Origin: Candidatus Aminicenantes bacterium | GTDB lineage: Bacteria; Acidobacteriota; Aminicenantia; JBFLYD01; JBBIMS01 | Length of the DNA: 26,128 bases | Direction: 5' to 3' | Assembly (NCBI GenBank): GCA_037444285.1 | Contig: JBBIMS010000001.1 | Location: forward strand, 1-26,128 | Shown: in pieces, positions 14,651 to 24,892 of the stretch | Layout of the letters: the number at the start of each line of letters is the position of its first letter | How positions within the stretch are numbered: position 1 is the first letter of the stretch | The notes under the pieces: model-generated | Told to the model about the DNA's origin: nothing | The model's input: only the letters and a program-made list of their open reading frames with translations | Database searches by the model: none | Position numbers and translations under genes: made by a program

Positions 14651-17279
14651 TCCCTATATTAAAAAGAATCACACCCTTCCTTTTCAGGGATGGTTTTGTT
14701 AAATTATATCCAAGATAAATCTTAAAAGGACCAACAGGGGTTTTATACCAGAATCCAATCCCGCTACCAACATTGAAATTGGAAAGCTTGAAGTTACCTT
14801 CTTTCCAGAAAACATTTCCAACATCAAGGAATAAAGACAATCTCAGGTTTTCCCACGGAAAAACAGGAAGGAGGGATTCTGTGTTTGCAAGAAAGATGAT
14901 ATTTCCACCAATTGGATTTCCGGTCTCTGGATCCTTAGGACCGAGCTCATCCACTTTTTCTCCTCTGAAGGAGCTTCCTCCAGCAAAGAACCTGTCTGCT
15001 ATTGATGCTTCTCCATAAATATATCCAATTCTCAAAAATGAATTCTGAATTATATCGTAGGGGAAACTTTTTATATGCTGAAGGTTAAGGGAGAATTTCC
15101 AGAAGTTTGATTCTGTCCCGAAAGAAGGGAAAGCCTTCTCTAAATTCAAAACCCAGTATCTCCCCCTTGATGGATTGAATGGGTCGTCCCTGAGGTCAAC
15201 AAGGTAGGAGGCTGAAAGGGAGGAAGTGTAAAAGGGTCTATATTCTCTGTCTATTGTCGATTCTTTAACTGAGAGACTGAGGAGATTTGTCCTTGCTATT
15301 CTGTATCTGAAGAGAAGAAGGGAGTATTCATTCCTTCTATCAACTGAGGAAATAGCAAATCCTCTCCTATCATATGAGAAACTTTTCCTCTCTTCCTTTT
15401 CCCACCATAGAGATGTTATATTTTCAAGGTTTAAGCCCATAAAGGATTTATTTGTAAGGGAAATAACCCCTCTCTTTTCTTTCGGGCTCAATTGGATGAC
15501 CAATGAACCACTGGTGGCAAGCCCTAAAATATTGTTATGGGAAAGCTCGATGGAGCCTCTTGGACCAGATCTCTCAAGATATCCACCCCCAATTCCTAAA
15601 TGATATCCACCACCCTCTGAAAGAATGAATATAATTATAACATTATCATCCATCTCAATTTCCCTCAATTTGATTTCGCTGAAAATGCCCGCCTCTTGAA
15701 AGTTCTTTATTGTAGCTTGAATCTTTTCATAGGAGTAAAAATCCCCTTCTTTTATTCTAAGCATATTTTTTACAATGAATTCCTTTGTCTTTGTGAGTCC
15801 TGTTATATGAATTTTCATTATTTTGAATCTTTTCCCCTTTTTAATTCTGAAAATAACATCTCTCTCAGTACTTCCATTTATTTCTGCTGAAACATCGGCA
15901 TTTTTGAACCCCTGGTTCATGAAAAATATCTTTATCCTCTCCTTCCCATTTTCAATAAGAAAATCCGAGTAAATCGCTCCTTCAGAGATTCCAGATATAG
16001 ATTTTAAATCAGTTTTTTTGAAAGGTTCTCCACCCTCAAAATCAACAGATCTAACCATGATGGGTTCATCAACTTTGACCTTAAATAAAACATCCACAGA
16101 GCTTCTCCTTCTCAAAATTTCCCTCTTTACTTCAAGGTTAGAGTAACCTTTGTTTCTGTAAAATGCTTTTATTCCGTTTTCATAGGTGTCAAGCAATTCG
16201 CCATTTACCCAGAAGGAGAAAGTTGGTTCTGTATAATTCTCAAGAAATTTTTTTAACTCATTAACACTTTCTTTCTCAGCTTCAAATTTCAATTTGTGCA
16301 ATCTGTATCTACTTCCCCTTTTAATATCAAAAATTATTTTTAATTCATTCCCTTCTTTCTTTGCTTCTGCCTCAATTTCTGCAAAGAGGAATCCTCTACT
16401 TCTCAAATAATTCTGAACCTTTATCTTGCTCTCCTCAAGAGCCCACTCTTCAAGGGTTTCACCTTCCCATAGAGGGAATAGAATTTCCGAAGGAACTTTC
16501 CCACCTTTGAACTCCATCTTAATCTTTTCGCCCAGAGAGCCTGTAAATTCTAAATTTGCCCATTCTTTATCAATTTTTTTAATGTTAAAACTTATCTTTG
16601 ACCTTAAATATCCCTCCTTTTTAAGATAAGAGAGCATTCTTTCCACATCCCTTTTAAGTTTAAAGGGTTGAAGGAGTTCACCCTCCTTTGATGAGAGGAA
16701 TTTTTGGAGCTCCTTCGATACGGGTTTTAAGGAATCTGAAAATAAAATCTCTTTAATCTTTCTTCTTTTACCGGATTTTATATTAAAAATAACATCCTCC
16801 CCTCCCTTTGAATTCTTAATAAAAGTATTAACTTCTGAATCAAGAAAGCCATTCTCTTCCAGCTTGCCCAATATCTCCTCTTTAGCTTTTTCAATGTCCC
16901 TTTCATTGAAAAATCCCCCTTTTTTCAAAGAAGAAATCCCTCCCCTTAACTTCCCTCTGGAAATCCCTGCTTCGCCCTCAAAAATGATTTTCCTAACAAT
17001 GTTCCTTTTCTGAAGCATAAAGATAATCTTGAGGGAATCCTTTTCCTTTAAAGCCTCAACCTCTATTGAGGAGAACTCATCTGTTCTGTAAAGATTCTCC
17101 ATCCCTTCCTTCAGCCTGTTATAATCAAAATAATCTCCCCTTTTCAGCGGAACAAAGCCCGATAAGTCATTTTTCTCCTTTCCATCCACAATAAATATCA
17201 CATCACCAACCTTTATTTCCTCTCCATAGATTATTCCGTAAATGAGAATAAGGAAAATAACAAATTTCTTTAATTTCAT
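14640..17279 (-). CDS. Omp85-family outer membrane assembly factor (BamA/TamA family) with about 7 POTRA domains
   Basis: Signal peptide; repeated POTRA motifs (Y/L-xx-xGF/Y); barrel features DLRDDPFNPSRG, RFFAGGSSFRG, GGNIIFLANTE, LFLDVGNVF, GIGFWYKTPVGPFKIYLG; C-terminal Phe (FNIGNEF). Confidence 0.93.
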   Translation of the reverse strand: MKLKKFVIFLILIYGIIYGEEIKVGDVIFIVDGKEKNDLSGFVPLKRGDYFDYNRLKEGMENLYRTDEFSSIEVEALKEKDSLKIIFMLQKRNIVRKIIFEGEAGISRGKLRGGISSLKKGGFFNERDIEKAKEEILGKLEENGFLDSEVNTFIKNSKGGEDVIFNIKSGKRRKIKEILFSDSLKPVSKELQKFLSSKEGELLQPFKLKRDVERMLSYLKKEGYLRSKISFNIKKIDKEWANLEFTGSLGEKIKMEFKGGKVPSEILFPLWEGETLEEWALEESKIKVQNYLRSRGFLFAEIEAEAKKEGNELKIIFDIKRGSRYRLHKLKFEAEKESVNELKKFLENYTEPTFSFWVNGELLDTYENGIKAFYRNKGYSNLEVKREILRRRSSVDVLFKVKVDEPIMVRSVDFEGGEPFKKTDLKSISGISEGAIYSDFLIENGKERIKIFFMNQGFKNADVSAEINGSTERDVIFRIKKGKRFKIMKIHITGLTKTKEFIVKNMLRIKEGDFYSYEKIQATIKNFQEAGIFSEIKLREIEMDDNVIIIFILSEGGGYHLGIGGGYLERSGPRGSIELSHNNILGLATSGSLVIQLSPKEKRGVISLTNKSFMGLNLENITSLWWEKEERKSFSYDRRGFAISSVDRRNEYSLLLFRYRIARTNLLSLSVKESTIDREYRPFYTSSLSASYLVDLRDDPFNPSRGRYWVLNLEKAFPSFGTESNFWKFSLNLQHIKSFPYDIIQNSFLRIGYIYGEASIADRFFAGGSSFRGEKVDELGPKDPETGNPIGGNIIFLANTESLLPVFPWENLRLSLFLDVGNVFWKEGNFKLSNFNVGSGIGFWYKTPVGPFKIYLGYNLTKPSLKRKGVILFNIGNEF

Positions 17280-20200
17280 TGACCTAATCTCTTTATGAAT
17301 TTGAGATCCATGCTGAAAGCTCCATTTTCATTTCTCATTAAAATTAAGGAGAAGTTGTCTGAAATACTGTATTCAACATAAACTATGTATTCCCTCTGAC
17401 CCGACAAATCTGAGGAGTAAAGAATAATTAAATCCTTTGAGACCTTCTTTCCGACAGTGAGTCTTGCAACAGGGTTTGAAGAGGAACCAAGGAGGTAAGG
17501 ATCAACCCTTAGCCTGTCAACACCAAACATTTTTTTTGCCCTTCCCTTTAGCTGCTCAGAAATTTCCATACTTAAAAGGGAGGCAGAGCCGAGCTGAGTC
17601 CCTGTTCTGTAACTTGTTCTCTGATAAATTTCTCCAAGGGCAAGGAGGGTGAGAATGTCTTGAGGTGAAAGGGGAGGTGATGAAGATAGTTGAGGAATTG
17701 GTTTTGAAGACTTGCCCTTGACTTCGAAAACAACTCTATAATCTTTAACAAAAGTGTCTGCAAGGATGTAAATTTCAGGGTCTATTATAAATGGGGAGTT
17801 GAAATAAACTTCAGCCCTTATAAGCTTGAATTTCCTATCTCCAATATTGAGCTCTCCCCTTTTCCCTGTTATGTTTCCAAGAATTACAGGATTTGAAGAA
17901 TCTCCTTTAATTCTAAGGGAAAACTTACCTTCAGCTTTTCCCCATGAGTTCTCCATCCATGCATTACTGTCTGCACGAAGTTCAATGTTTAAATTAATCT
18001 TCTTGAATATTTTTGGAGGACCTTTTGAAGGGGTTGAGGAGAATGCTATTCTCTCACCAATTTCCTTTCTCCAGAGGACACTTTGAAGGAAAAAACTTCC
18101 TTCAATACTTATCTCATTTAGATTCCCCCTTATTTCAATTTTTCCATCTCCCATTCCATTTACCTTCTCAAAGGGAGAAAGTCTCATCCTCTTCCCGGTA
18201 AGATTTATTTTTATATTTTCCAGATTCCCTTTTCCAATGTTTGCCTCTCCATAACCTTCCACATCCCCTCCTCCAATTTTTGCCTTGAAATTCCTCAAAT
18301 GAAGGGAGCGATTTTCCTGAATTAAAGTTCCTGAAAAATCTTTGAAATCATGGGCAAAACCTTTTATGAAAAATGACTTCCCCTCCACATGGGAAATTGA
18401 CTTGATTTCTAAAGATTCAGGTTTACCTTTTAACTCTCCTATGAACCTGATCTTTGCACCCTCTCCAGGAAATTCAATTAACTTTTCTATATTACTAATA
18501 TTCCCGTTAAAACTACCCTTTAAAGAACCATCCTTTGAAATCTCCAATTCAAAATTTATTGATTCTTCCTTGTTTTTAGATTTAGCAGAAGAGTTTAAAA
18601 GAATTCTATCCTTTGAAAGGAATATCAAACTTTCAAACCCAAAGTTTTTTGGCTCTCCTGATTTGTAGGCTATATCATGAATTTCTCCCTTTATCTCAAC
18701 TGGCGAGGCATAAAGTTCCCCTTCTCCTCCAATTGAAAATTCCAGTCTACCCTTCAGCTCTTCATAAAGTTTTGATATATCAATTGCCACTTGAGAGACA
18801 GAAACTTTGTATCTCATTTCCTTTATGTTGAATTCTAAATCTCCATTAACATCAGACAATTCTGTGGAAAAAGAAAATTTTGAGTTTAAAACTCCATTTT
18901 TAAAATTGATCGGGATCAAAAAATTTCTAATCTCCAGATTTTGAAATTTAAGGAGGTTGGAGGTAATCTTCCCCTCAACTTCTAATCCATCCTTTAAATT
19001 TATAGTTGCATTCCCTTTAAACTCTCCCTTCAACTCATTCCATATATTTTCACCCTTTCCTTTAGTTATCTCCAGCTCGATCCTTTTCTCCTTTAAAGAA
19101 CTTTTCACATTCCCTTCAAAAACTCCATCTTTAAAAGTTCCTTCAAAATCCATATCGTCTTTGATTCCTTTGATTTCACCTTTTAGAGTTCCAAAACTAA
19201 TTCCTGAAATCTTCAAATTTTTGAAATTAATCTCTCCCTTCGTCTCAGGATCTCTCAGGGTTCCTGATATTTGAAACTGAATGTTTCCCTTTCCATAAAT
19301 GGATGGAGGGTGGGAAGAGGTATAGAAAGATTTTAAAATTTTCGAATTAAAAAGATCCTCTAAGGAAATATCCCTCAGCTCTCCTGATCCTTCAATATCT
19401 TCCCCCCTTAAATTTAATTTTCCATTCCCTTGAACCCCCCTAATTTTTATTTCATCAACATTTAAAACATAATTTCCCTTAACCAAATTCATATTCCCCT
19501 TTACCATCTCCTCTTCTCCAGAGAAAAGGAGGACCTGACCGTTCAATCTATCTTTTCTGAATTCTCCATTAAAATTCAAGGAAAGTTCGGAGGGAATTCC
19601 TGGAAAGAAAGGTTCAATAAATTCAAGGGGAAGATTTTGTAAGTTGAATTTGAAGAGTTTCTCTTCGGAAAATTTTATTTCGCAAAACCAATTGTTATTT
19701 TTATGTTTAGATTTGAAAAGGGCTTCACCATTTAATTTCTCATCAAAATTTGCTGAAGCAAAGAGATTCATTACCTTTCCATTGATCTGAGGAGAGATAA
19801 AAAGTTCTAATCTTCCTTTTAAATTCTCCTTTATCTTCTCCAACGAGTAATCCCCCTCTATTCTCCCCTTTATCTCCTTCCCTCTGAAATTTAACAAAGA
19901 TGAAAAATTCGCATCTACTTTACCTTCTGCCTCAAACCCATCATCTTCCATATAGATTGTCCCTCTGCTAAAAATCACACCATACTCACTCTCAATTTTA
20001 AGTTCTCTAACCCTTATTCTCCTCATCTCACTTCTCAGAAAGAGCTTCATAGAAAATTCTTTTTCCAATCCTCTTTTATTATCTCTAATTCTTCCAAGGG
20101 AATTTTTTATGTTTAAACCCAATCTCTCATTCTTGTAATAAAGGCTACCATTTATTGAATTGAGGGTTATTTCTCGTTCTCCATCTCTGAAGGTAAAAGA

Positions 20201-20590
20201 GCCATTTATTACTCTTCCATTTTCAATATCAAAATTTGGCAATTTTCTCTTTTTTCCTTTTCCGCTTTCCAATTTGTAAAGAATAAAATTGGGAGAATCA
20301 AGATAAACTCTAAATTTGAGCCTTCTGGAAAACAATCCCTGCGTGGATACTTCAATCCTTGCATTTTTCAAACTTAGTTTTCCTATTTTATCAGGAATCT
20401 CTATCGATAAATCTGTCACCGAAAGATAGGGTGGGAAAGGAGCTATGTCAAGGGTCGAGTATGTCCCGTAAATCTTTATAAAATCGCTTATCCTTTCTAA
20501 AGCTGCGTATCTAAGGTATGAGAGGGTTATTATGGAAATAATAAAAATGGCAAAAAAGAATATAAATGTTTTTTTTATTTTTCTTCTCAT
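17276..20590 (-). CDS. tamB: Translocation and assembly module TamB (AsmA-like/DUF490)
   Basis: N-terminal TM anchor, long beta-rich glycine-periodic body, and DUF490-like C-terminus (LRIKGDSSNPVILGNI, DPEIYILA, LTVGKKVSKDLIILYS, VEYSISDNFSL); adjacent to an Omp85 gene. Confidence 0.9.
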   Translation of the reverse strand: MRRKIKKTFIFFFAIFIISIITLSYLRYAALERISDFIKIYGTYSTLDIAPFPPYLSVTDLSIEIPDKIGKLSLKNARIEVSTQGLFSRRLKFRVYLDSPNFILYKLESGKGKKRKLPNFDIENGRVINGSFTFRDGEREITLNSINGSLYYKNERLGLNIKNSLGRIRDNKRGLEKEFSMKLFLRSEMRRIRVRELKIESEYGVIFSRGTIYMEDDGFEAEGKVDANFSSLLNFRGKEIKGRIEGDYSLEKIKENLKGRLELFISPQINGKVMNLFASANFDEKLNGEALFKSKHKNNNWFCEIKFSEEKLFKFNLQNLPLEFIEPFFPGIPSELSLNFNGEFRKDRLNGQVLLFSGEEEMVKGNMNLVKGNYVLNVDEIKIRGVQGNGKLNLRGEDIEGSGELRDISLEDLFNSKILKSFYTSSHPPSIYGKGNIQFQISGTLRDPETKGEINFKNLKISGISFGTLKGEIKGIKDDMDFEGTFKDGVFEGNVKSSLKEKRIELEITKGKGENIWNELKGEFKGNATINLKDGLEVEGKITSNLLKFQNLEIRNFLIPINFKNGVLNSKFSFSTELSDVNGDLEFNIKEMRYKVSVSQVAIDISKLYEELKGRLEFSIGGEGELYASPVEIKGEIHDIAYKSGEPKNFGFESLIFLSKDRILLNSSAKSKNKEESINFELEISKDGSLKGSFNGNISNIEKLIEFPGEGAKIRFIGELKGKPESLEIKSISHVEGKSFFIKGFAHDFKDFSGTLIQENRSLHLRNFKAKIGGGDVEGYGEANIGKGNLENIKINLTGKRMRLSPFEKVNGMGDGKIEIRGNLNEISIEGSFFLQSVLWRKEIGERIAFSSTPSKGPPKIFKKINLNIELRADSNAWMENSWGKAEGKFSLRIKGDSSNPVILGNITGKRGELNIGDRKFKLIRAEVYFNSPFIIDPEIYILADTFVKDYRVVFEVKGKSSKPIPQLSSSPPLSPQDILTLLALGEIYQRTSYRTGTQLGSASLLSMEISEQLKGRAKKMFGVDRLRVDPYLLGSSSNPVARLTVGKKVSKDLIILYSSDLSGQREYIVYVEYSISDNFSLILMRNENGAFSMDLKFIKRLGQ

Positions 20591-20598
20591 ATATGGAT

Positions 20599-21090
20599 TT
20601 ACTCAACTACGAAAAGGACAGCCCCAACTTCTATAGTCATACCCTCCTTTACATTGAGCTCCTTCAACACACCATCCTTTGGAGATTTTATTTCGTTTTC
20701 CATCTTCATTGCCTCTAAGGTTATTACTCCACTTCCCTTCTGTATAATATCTCCAACATTTGCAAGGATTTTCTTAACCCTCCCTGGCATTCTTGCCTTT
20801 ACCTCAACCCTTCCCTTCTTCTCAAGCCTCCCCCCACCCAAAAGGGTTGAGCCTGTTTCAATCTCAATCGTTTCCCCATTTAAAAATACAACATAGCCAC
20901 TTTTGTTTTCATAGACAAAACAGTCAAAGATCTTCCCGTTTAAATCGATAAGATAGATATCCCTGTCAACAGGCGTTACTTTTAAATTGTATTCATTGCC
21001 ATTTACCTTAGCCCTATATAATCCTTCCCCCTGAGTTGATATTTCAATAACTTTTTGATTTCCTCTGATATTAAAAACAAGTTTTTTCAT
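20599..21090 (-). CDS. Biotin carboxyl carrier protein of an acyl-CoA carboxylase, with N-terminal beta-rich (BT-like) domain
   Basis: VKARMPGRV and LEAMKMENEIKSP (biotinylated Lys); ATGA overlap with the biotin carboxylase gene. Confidence 0.93.
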   Translation of the reverse strand: MKKLVFNIRGNQKVIEISTQGEGLYRAKVNGNEYNLKVTPVDRDIYLIDLNGKIFDCFVYENKSGYVVFLNGETIEIETGSTLLGGGRLEKKGRVEVKARMPGRVKKILANVGDIIQKGSGVITLEAMKMENEIKSPKDGVLKELNVKEGMTIEVGAVLFVVE

Positions 21091-22592
21091 AGCCTGTTCA
21101 GAAAATTATACCATAAACCCATTGTTTTCCAGCGATTTGTAGCCTTTTTACTCTCAGGAACTGTGTTTTTAGATTTCTCCTCCATTTTAACAAAAGCAAG
21201 AACTGCTGATAAATCCTCAACTACCTCATCTATTTTTTTCTCCTCCTTTTCAAGCCTATCTATAAAATGAGTGTTGTAGTTTCCATTTATAAAGTCAGGA
21301 TGTTGAAGAACCCTGAGGAAAAAGGGAATTGTGGTTTTAATCCCTACAATATGATATTCGAGAAGGGCTCTCCTCATCCTGTGGATAGCCTCAATTCTGT
21401 CCCTCCCCCATGTTACAAGCTTTGCTATTAAAGGATCATAAAATATGGGAACTTCAAATCCCTCATAAACACCGCTGTCAATTCTTACCCCGAGACCCCC
21501 TTCTGGATTCTGAAGTCTTAAAATCTTTCCAGGGCATGGAGCAAAATCATTGTCCGGATCTTCTGCATAAATTCTGCATTCAATTGATGAGCCCTTTGGC
21601 TTTATATCATCCTGGGTAAATGGAAGGGGTTTCCCTTCAGCAACCTCGATCTGACATTTTACAAGGTCTATACCTGTGACCATTTCAGTAATAGGGTGCT
21701 CAACCTGGAGACGTGTGTTCATCTCCAGAAAATAAAAGTTTTTATCTTTATCAACTATAAATTCTATTGTTCCGGCATTCAAATATCCAACCTTTTTTAT
21801 TGCAGAAACAGCCATCTCACCCATTTTTTTTCTTATTTTATCATCTATAAAGGGTGATGGTGTTTCCTCCATAACTTTTTGATATCTTCTCTGGATTGAG
21901 CATTCCCTTTCCCCAAGGTAAACTGCATTTCCGAATTCATCTACAAAAATCTGAATTTCTATGTGGTGGGGCTCCTCAATGTATTTTTCAATGTAAATGG
22001 AAGGATCACCAAAGGATGATAAAGCCTCAGAGCTTGCAAGTTTGTAGGAAGGGATTAACTCATCTTCATTTTTTATTAACCTCATCCCCTTCCCTCCTCC
22101 TCCAAGATCAGCTTTTAAAAGCAATGGATAACCAATTTTCCTTGCAAATTCCAACAATTCTTTTTCATCTTTCACTGGTTTTTTCAGACCAGGAACAACA
22201 GGAAGTCCAGCTTCTTCCATAGCTCTTCTTGATTCTGTCTTTGAGCCCATCAGCTCTATTGATTTTGGGTCAGGTCCAATAAATACTAATCCTGAATCCC
22301 TCACTGCCTTTGCAAATTCAGAGTTTTCAGCAAGGAATCCATAACCTGGATGAATTGCATCGCAACCACTTTTCTTTGCTAAATCTATAAGTTTATCAAT
22401 TCTCAAATAACTCTCAGAGGAAGGGGATGGTCCAATATGGTAGGCTTCATCAGCAAATCTTACATGGAGGGCTTTCCTGTCAGCATCGGAAAAAACCGCA
22501 ACAATTTTTATTCCCATCTCCCTCAATGTCCTCATTATTCTTACTGCAATCTCTCCTCTATTGGCAACGAGAACCTTTTTTATCTTTCTCAT
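21087..22592 (-). CDS. accC: Biotin carboxylase subunit of acetyl/propionyl-CoA carboxylase
   Basis: KKVLVANRGEIAVR, IHPGYGFLAEN, GGGGKGMR, RECSIQRRYQK, EMNTRLQVEHP, ECRIYAED, YDPLIAKL. Confidence 0.95.
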   Translation of the reverse strand: MRKIKKVLVANRGEIAVRIMRTLREMGIKIVAVFSDADRKALHVRFADEAYHIGPSPSSESYLRIDKLIDLAKKSGCDAIHPGYGFLAENSEFAKAVRDSGLVFIGPDPKSIELMGSKTESRRAMEEAGLPVVPGLKKPVKDEKELLEFARKIGYPLLLKADLGGGGKGMRLIKNEDELIPSYKLASSEALSSFGDPSIYIEKYIEEPHHIEIQIFVDEFGNAVYLGERECSIQRRYQKVMEETPSPFIDDKIRKKMGEMAVSAIKKVGYLNAGTIEFIVDKDKNFYFLEMNTRLQVEHPITEMVTGIDLVKCQIEVAEGKPLPFTQDDIKPKGSSIECRIYAEDPDNDFAPCPGKILRLQNPEGGLGVRIDSGVYEGFEVPIFYDPLIAKLVTWGRDRIEAIHRMRRALLEYHIVGIKTTIPFFLRVLQHPDFINGNYNTHFIDRLEKEEKKIDEVVEDLSAVLAFVKMEEKSKNTVPESKKATNRWKTMGLWYNFLNRL

Positions 22593-22609
22593 GGCAAATT
22601 TCCTATAAT

Positions 22610-22639
22610 ATTCTACTTCAACATATAAATTTTTTCCAA
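22610..22639 (-). promoter_or_regulatory. Possible weak internal promoter before accC
   Basis: Minus strand TTGGAA (22639-22634), 18-nt spacer, TAGAAT (22615-22610) in a 47-bp gap. Confidence 0.3.
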
Positions 22640-24190
22640 TTAAAGGGGTATGTTTCCATGTTTCTTTGGAGGGTTCTTGTCCCTCTTGTTCTGAGCCATC
22701 TCAAGAGCCTTTATAAGTTTTAACCTTGTGAATTTTGGCTCTATCACCTCATCAATATATCCCTTTTCAGCACTGATATAGGGGTTAGCAAATTTCTCCC
22801 TGAACTCTTTTATTTTCTCCTCCCTGAATTTCTCGGGATCCTTTGCCTTTGCAAGTTCTTTTCTCCAGATTATGTTAACAGCTCCCTCAGGTCCCATAAC
22901 TGCAATTTCTGCAGTTGGATATGCTACATTGTAATCGGTTCTTATATGTTTTGAAGCCATAACGCAGTAGGCGCCCCCATAAGATTTCCTTGTTATAACA
23001 GTTAGCTTTGGAACAGTTGCTTCTGCAAAAGCATAGAGGAGTTTTGCTCCATGTTTTATTATGCCTCCATGCTCCTGGGCAACCCCTGGCAGGAATCCAG
23101 GAACATCCTCAAATACAACAAGGGGGATGTTGAAGGCATCGCAAAAACGAACGAATCTTGCACCCTTCACTGATGCATTTATATCCAGAGCTCCTGCAAG
23201 GTGCTCGGGTTGATTTGCAACAATTCCTACAACCCTCCCTCCAAGTCTTCCAAACCCAATTACTATGTTTGGAGCGAAATTTTCTTGAATCTCAAAAAAG
23301 TAATTATCGTCCAAGACTGTATTTATCAAAACCTTAATATCATAGGGCTGATTAGGGTTCTCTGGTATTAAAAGATTTAAAGACTCATCAACCCTGTCAA
23401 TAGGGTCTGAAGTTTCCTTAAAAGGTGGCTCCTCCATGTTGTTGGAGGGAAGGAAGGAAAGAAGCTCCCTTATAAGGGAAAGGGTATGGTGGTCATTCTC
23501 ACCAACAAGATGGGCTATCCCTGAAATTGTGCTATGGGTTTCAGCTCCTCCAAGCTCCTCCATTGTGACATCCTCATGGGTAACAGATTTTATAACATCT
23601 GGACCTGTAATAAACATATAGCTTCTCCCCTTTGTCATTATTATAAAGTCTGTAATTGCAGGAGAATAAACAGCTCCTCCCGCACAAGGACCCATGATTG
23701 CTGAAATCTGGGGAACAACCCCTGAGGCAAGGGTGTTTCTCAAGAAAATATCTGCATATCCAGCAAGGGAGCCAACCCCTTCCTGAATTCTCGCACCTCC
23801 AGAGTCATTCAGACCAATTATTGGAGCTCCGACCTCCATTGCCCTGTCCATTATTTTACATATTTTCCTTGCATTGCTCTCTGACATTGTCCCACCAAAA
23901 ACAGTGAAATCTTGAGCAAAGACAAAAACAAGCCTTCCATCTATCTTCCCCCAACCTGTAATAATGCCATCCCCCAATATTCTCATTTTATCCATGCCAA
24001 AATCGTAGCATGAATGGACAACAAACCTATCTATTTCATTGAAAGTCCCTGGATCAAGCAGAGCCTCTATTCTCTCCCTTGCAGTAAGCTTTCCTTCTCT
24101 GTGTTGCTTTTCTATCCTTTCAGCTCCTCCTCCAATTTCTGAGAGCTTGATTTTTTCCTCTAATAGTTTAAATTTTTCTTCCAATCCCAT
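22640..24190 (-). CDS. pccB: Acyl-CoA carboxylase carboxyltransferase (propionyl-CoA carboxylase beta chain type)
   Basis: Start likely ATG 24190 (GAAGGGGGT upstream, just after the tal stop) rather than 24226. [73 protein letters not shown]. Confidence 0.95.
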   Translation of the reverse strand: MGLEEKFKLLEEKIKLSEIGGGAERIEKQHREGKLTARERIEALLDPGTFNEIDRFVVHSCYDFGMDKMRILGDGIITGWGKIDGRLVFVFAQDFTVFGGTMSESNARKICKIMDRAMEVGAPIIGLNDSGGARIQEGVGSLAGYADIFLRNTLASGVVPQISAIMGPCAGGAVYSPAITDFIIMTKGRSYMFITGPDVIKSVTHEDVTMEELGGAETHSTISGIAHLVGENDHHTLSLIRELLSFLPSNNMEEPPFKETSDPIDRVDESLNLLIPENPNQPYDIKVLINTVLDDNYFFEIQENFAPNIVIGFGRLGGRVVGIVANQPEHLAGALDINASVKGARFVRFCDAFNIPLVVFEDVPGFLPGVAQEHGGIIKHGAKLLYAFAEATVPKLTVITRKSYGGAYCVMASKHIRTDYNVAYPTAEIAVMGPEGAVNIIWRKELAKAKDPEKFREEKIKEFREKFANPYISAEKGYIDEVIEPKFTRLKLIKALEMAQNKRDKNPPKKHGNIPL

Positions 24191-24201
24191 TTCTACCCCC
24201 T

Positions 24202-24849
24202 TCATTTCTTTTTGAAGGATTCCCAATCCTTAAGAAATCTCTCAATCCCAATATCTGTCAATGGATGTTTGAAAAGGGCTTTAAATACAGAGAAGGGTAA
24301 GGTAACAATTGGTGCTCCAATAAGAGCAGCTTCGACAAAATGCATGGGATGACGAACAGAAGCAACAATTACCTCTGTCTCAAATCCGTAGTTTTCATAA
24401 ATCATCATTATTTTCTCTATCAATTCCATTCCATTCCAGCTTATATCATCTATTCTTCCTATGAAGGGACTGACATAGCTTGCTCCAGCTTTAGCAGCAA
24501 GAAGAGCTTGAGAGGGTGAGAAAACAAGGGTAACATTCGTTTTGATATTCTCCTTTGCAAGCCTCTTCACTGCTTTAAGCCCATCAACTGTCAAAGGAAT
24601 CTTTACAACAACATTTTTTGCAATTTCAGCATGCTCCCTTGCTTCCTTCACAATCTCTTCCTCCTTTTCTGATACGACCTCAACACTAACAGGTCCATCG
24701 ACTATCTTGCATATACTCTCTATTATCTCCCTGAAACTCCCACTTTCCTTTGAAAGAAGGGTTGGATTGGTTGTTACTCCATCAACAAGTCCCATGGAAA
24801 TCCCTTCCTTTATTTCATCAATATTTGCTGTGTCAAGAAAAATTTTCAC
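24202..24849 (-). CDS. tal: Transaldolase (short TalC/FSA family, transaldolase-type residues)
   Basis: GTG start with AGGAGG; FLDTAN, GVTTNPT, Schiff-base Lys in VVKIP, HPLTDIG. Glu in VSVEV and Phe in SPFIGR indicate transaldolase rather than FSA (Gln/Tyr). Confidence 0.93.
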   Translation of the reverse strand: MKIFLDTANIDEIKEGISMGLVDGVTTNPTLLSKESGSFREIIESICKIVDGPVSVEVVSEKEEEIVKEAREHAEIAKNVVVKIPLTVDGLKAVKRLAKENIKTNVTLVFSPSQALLAAKAGASYVSPFIGRIDDISWNGMELIEKIMMIYENYGFETEVIVASVRHPMHFVEAALIGAPIVTLPFSVFKALFKHPLTDIGIERFLKDWESFKKK

Positions 24850-24868
24850 TTTTTCCTCCTTTCATAAA

Positions 24869-24881
24869 GAGGCAATGCCTC
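24869..24881. repeat. Intergenic palindrome GAGGCA-A-TGCCTC
   Basis: 6-1-6 perfect inverted repeat between the FAH stop and the tal SD. Confidence 0.4.
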
Positions 24882-24892
24882 GAATTTCCTCC

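Noticed and set aside
24202-24849. Fructose-6-phosphate aldolase annotation
   Set aside because: Glu in VSVEV and Phe in SPFIGR are transaldolase-type; FSA has Gln and Tyr.
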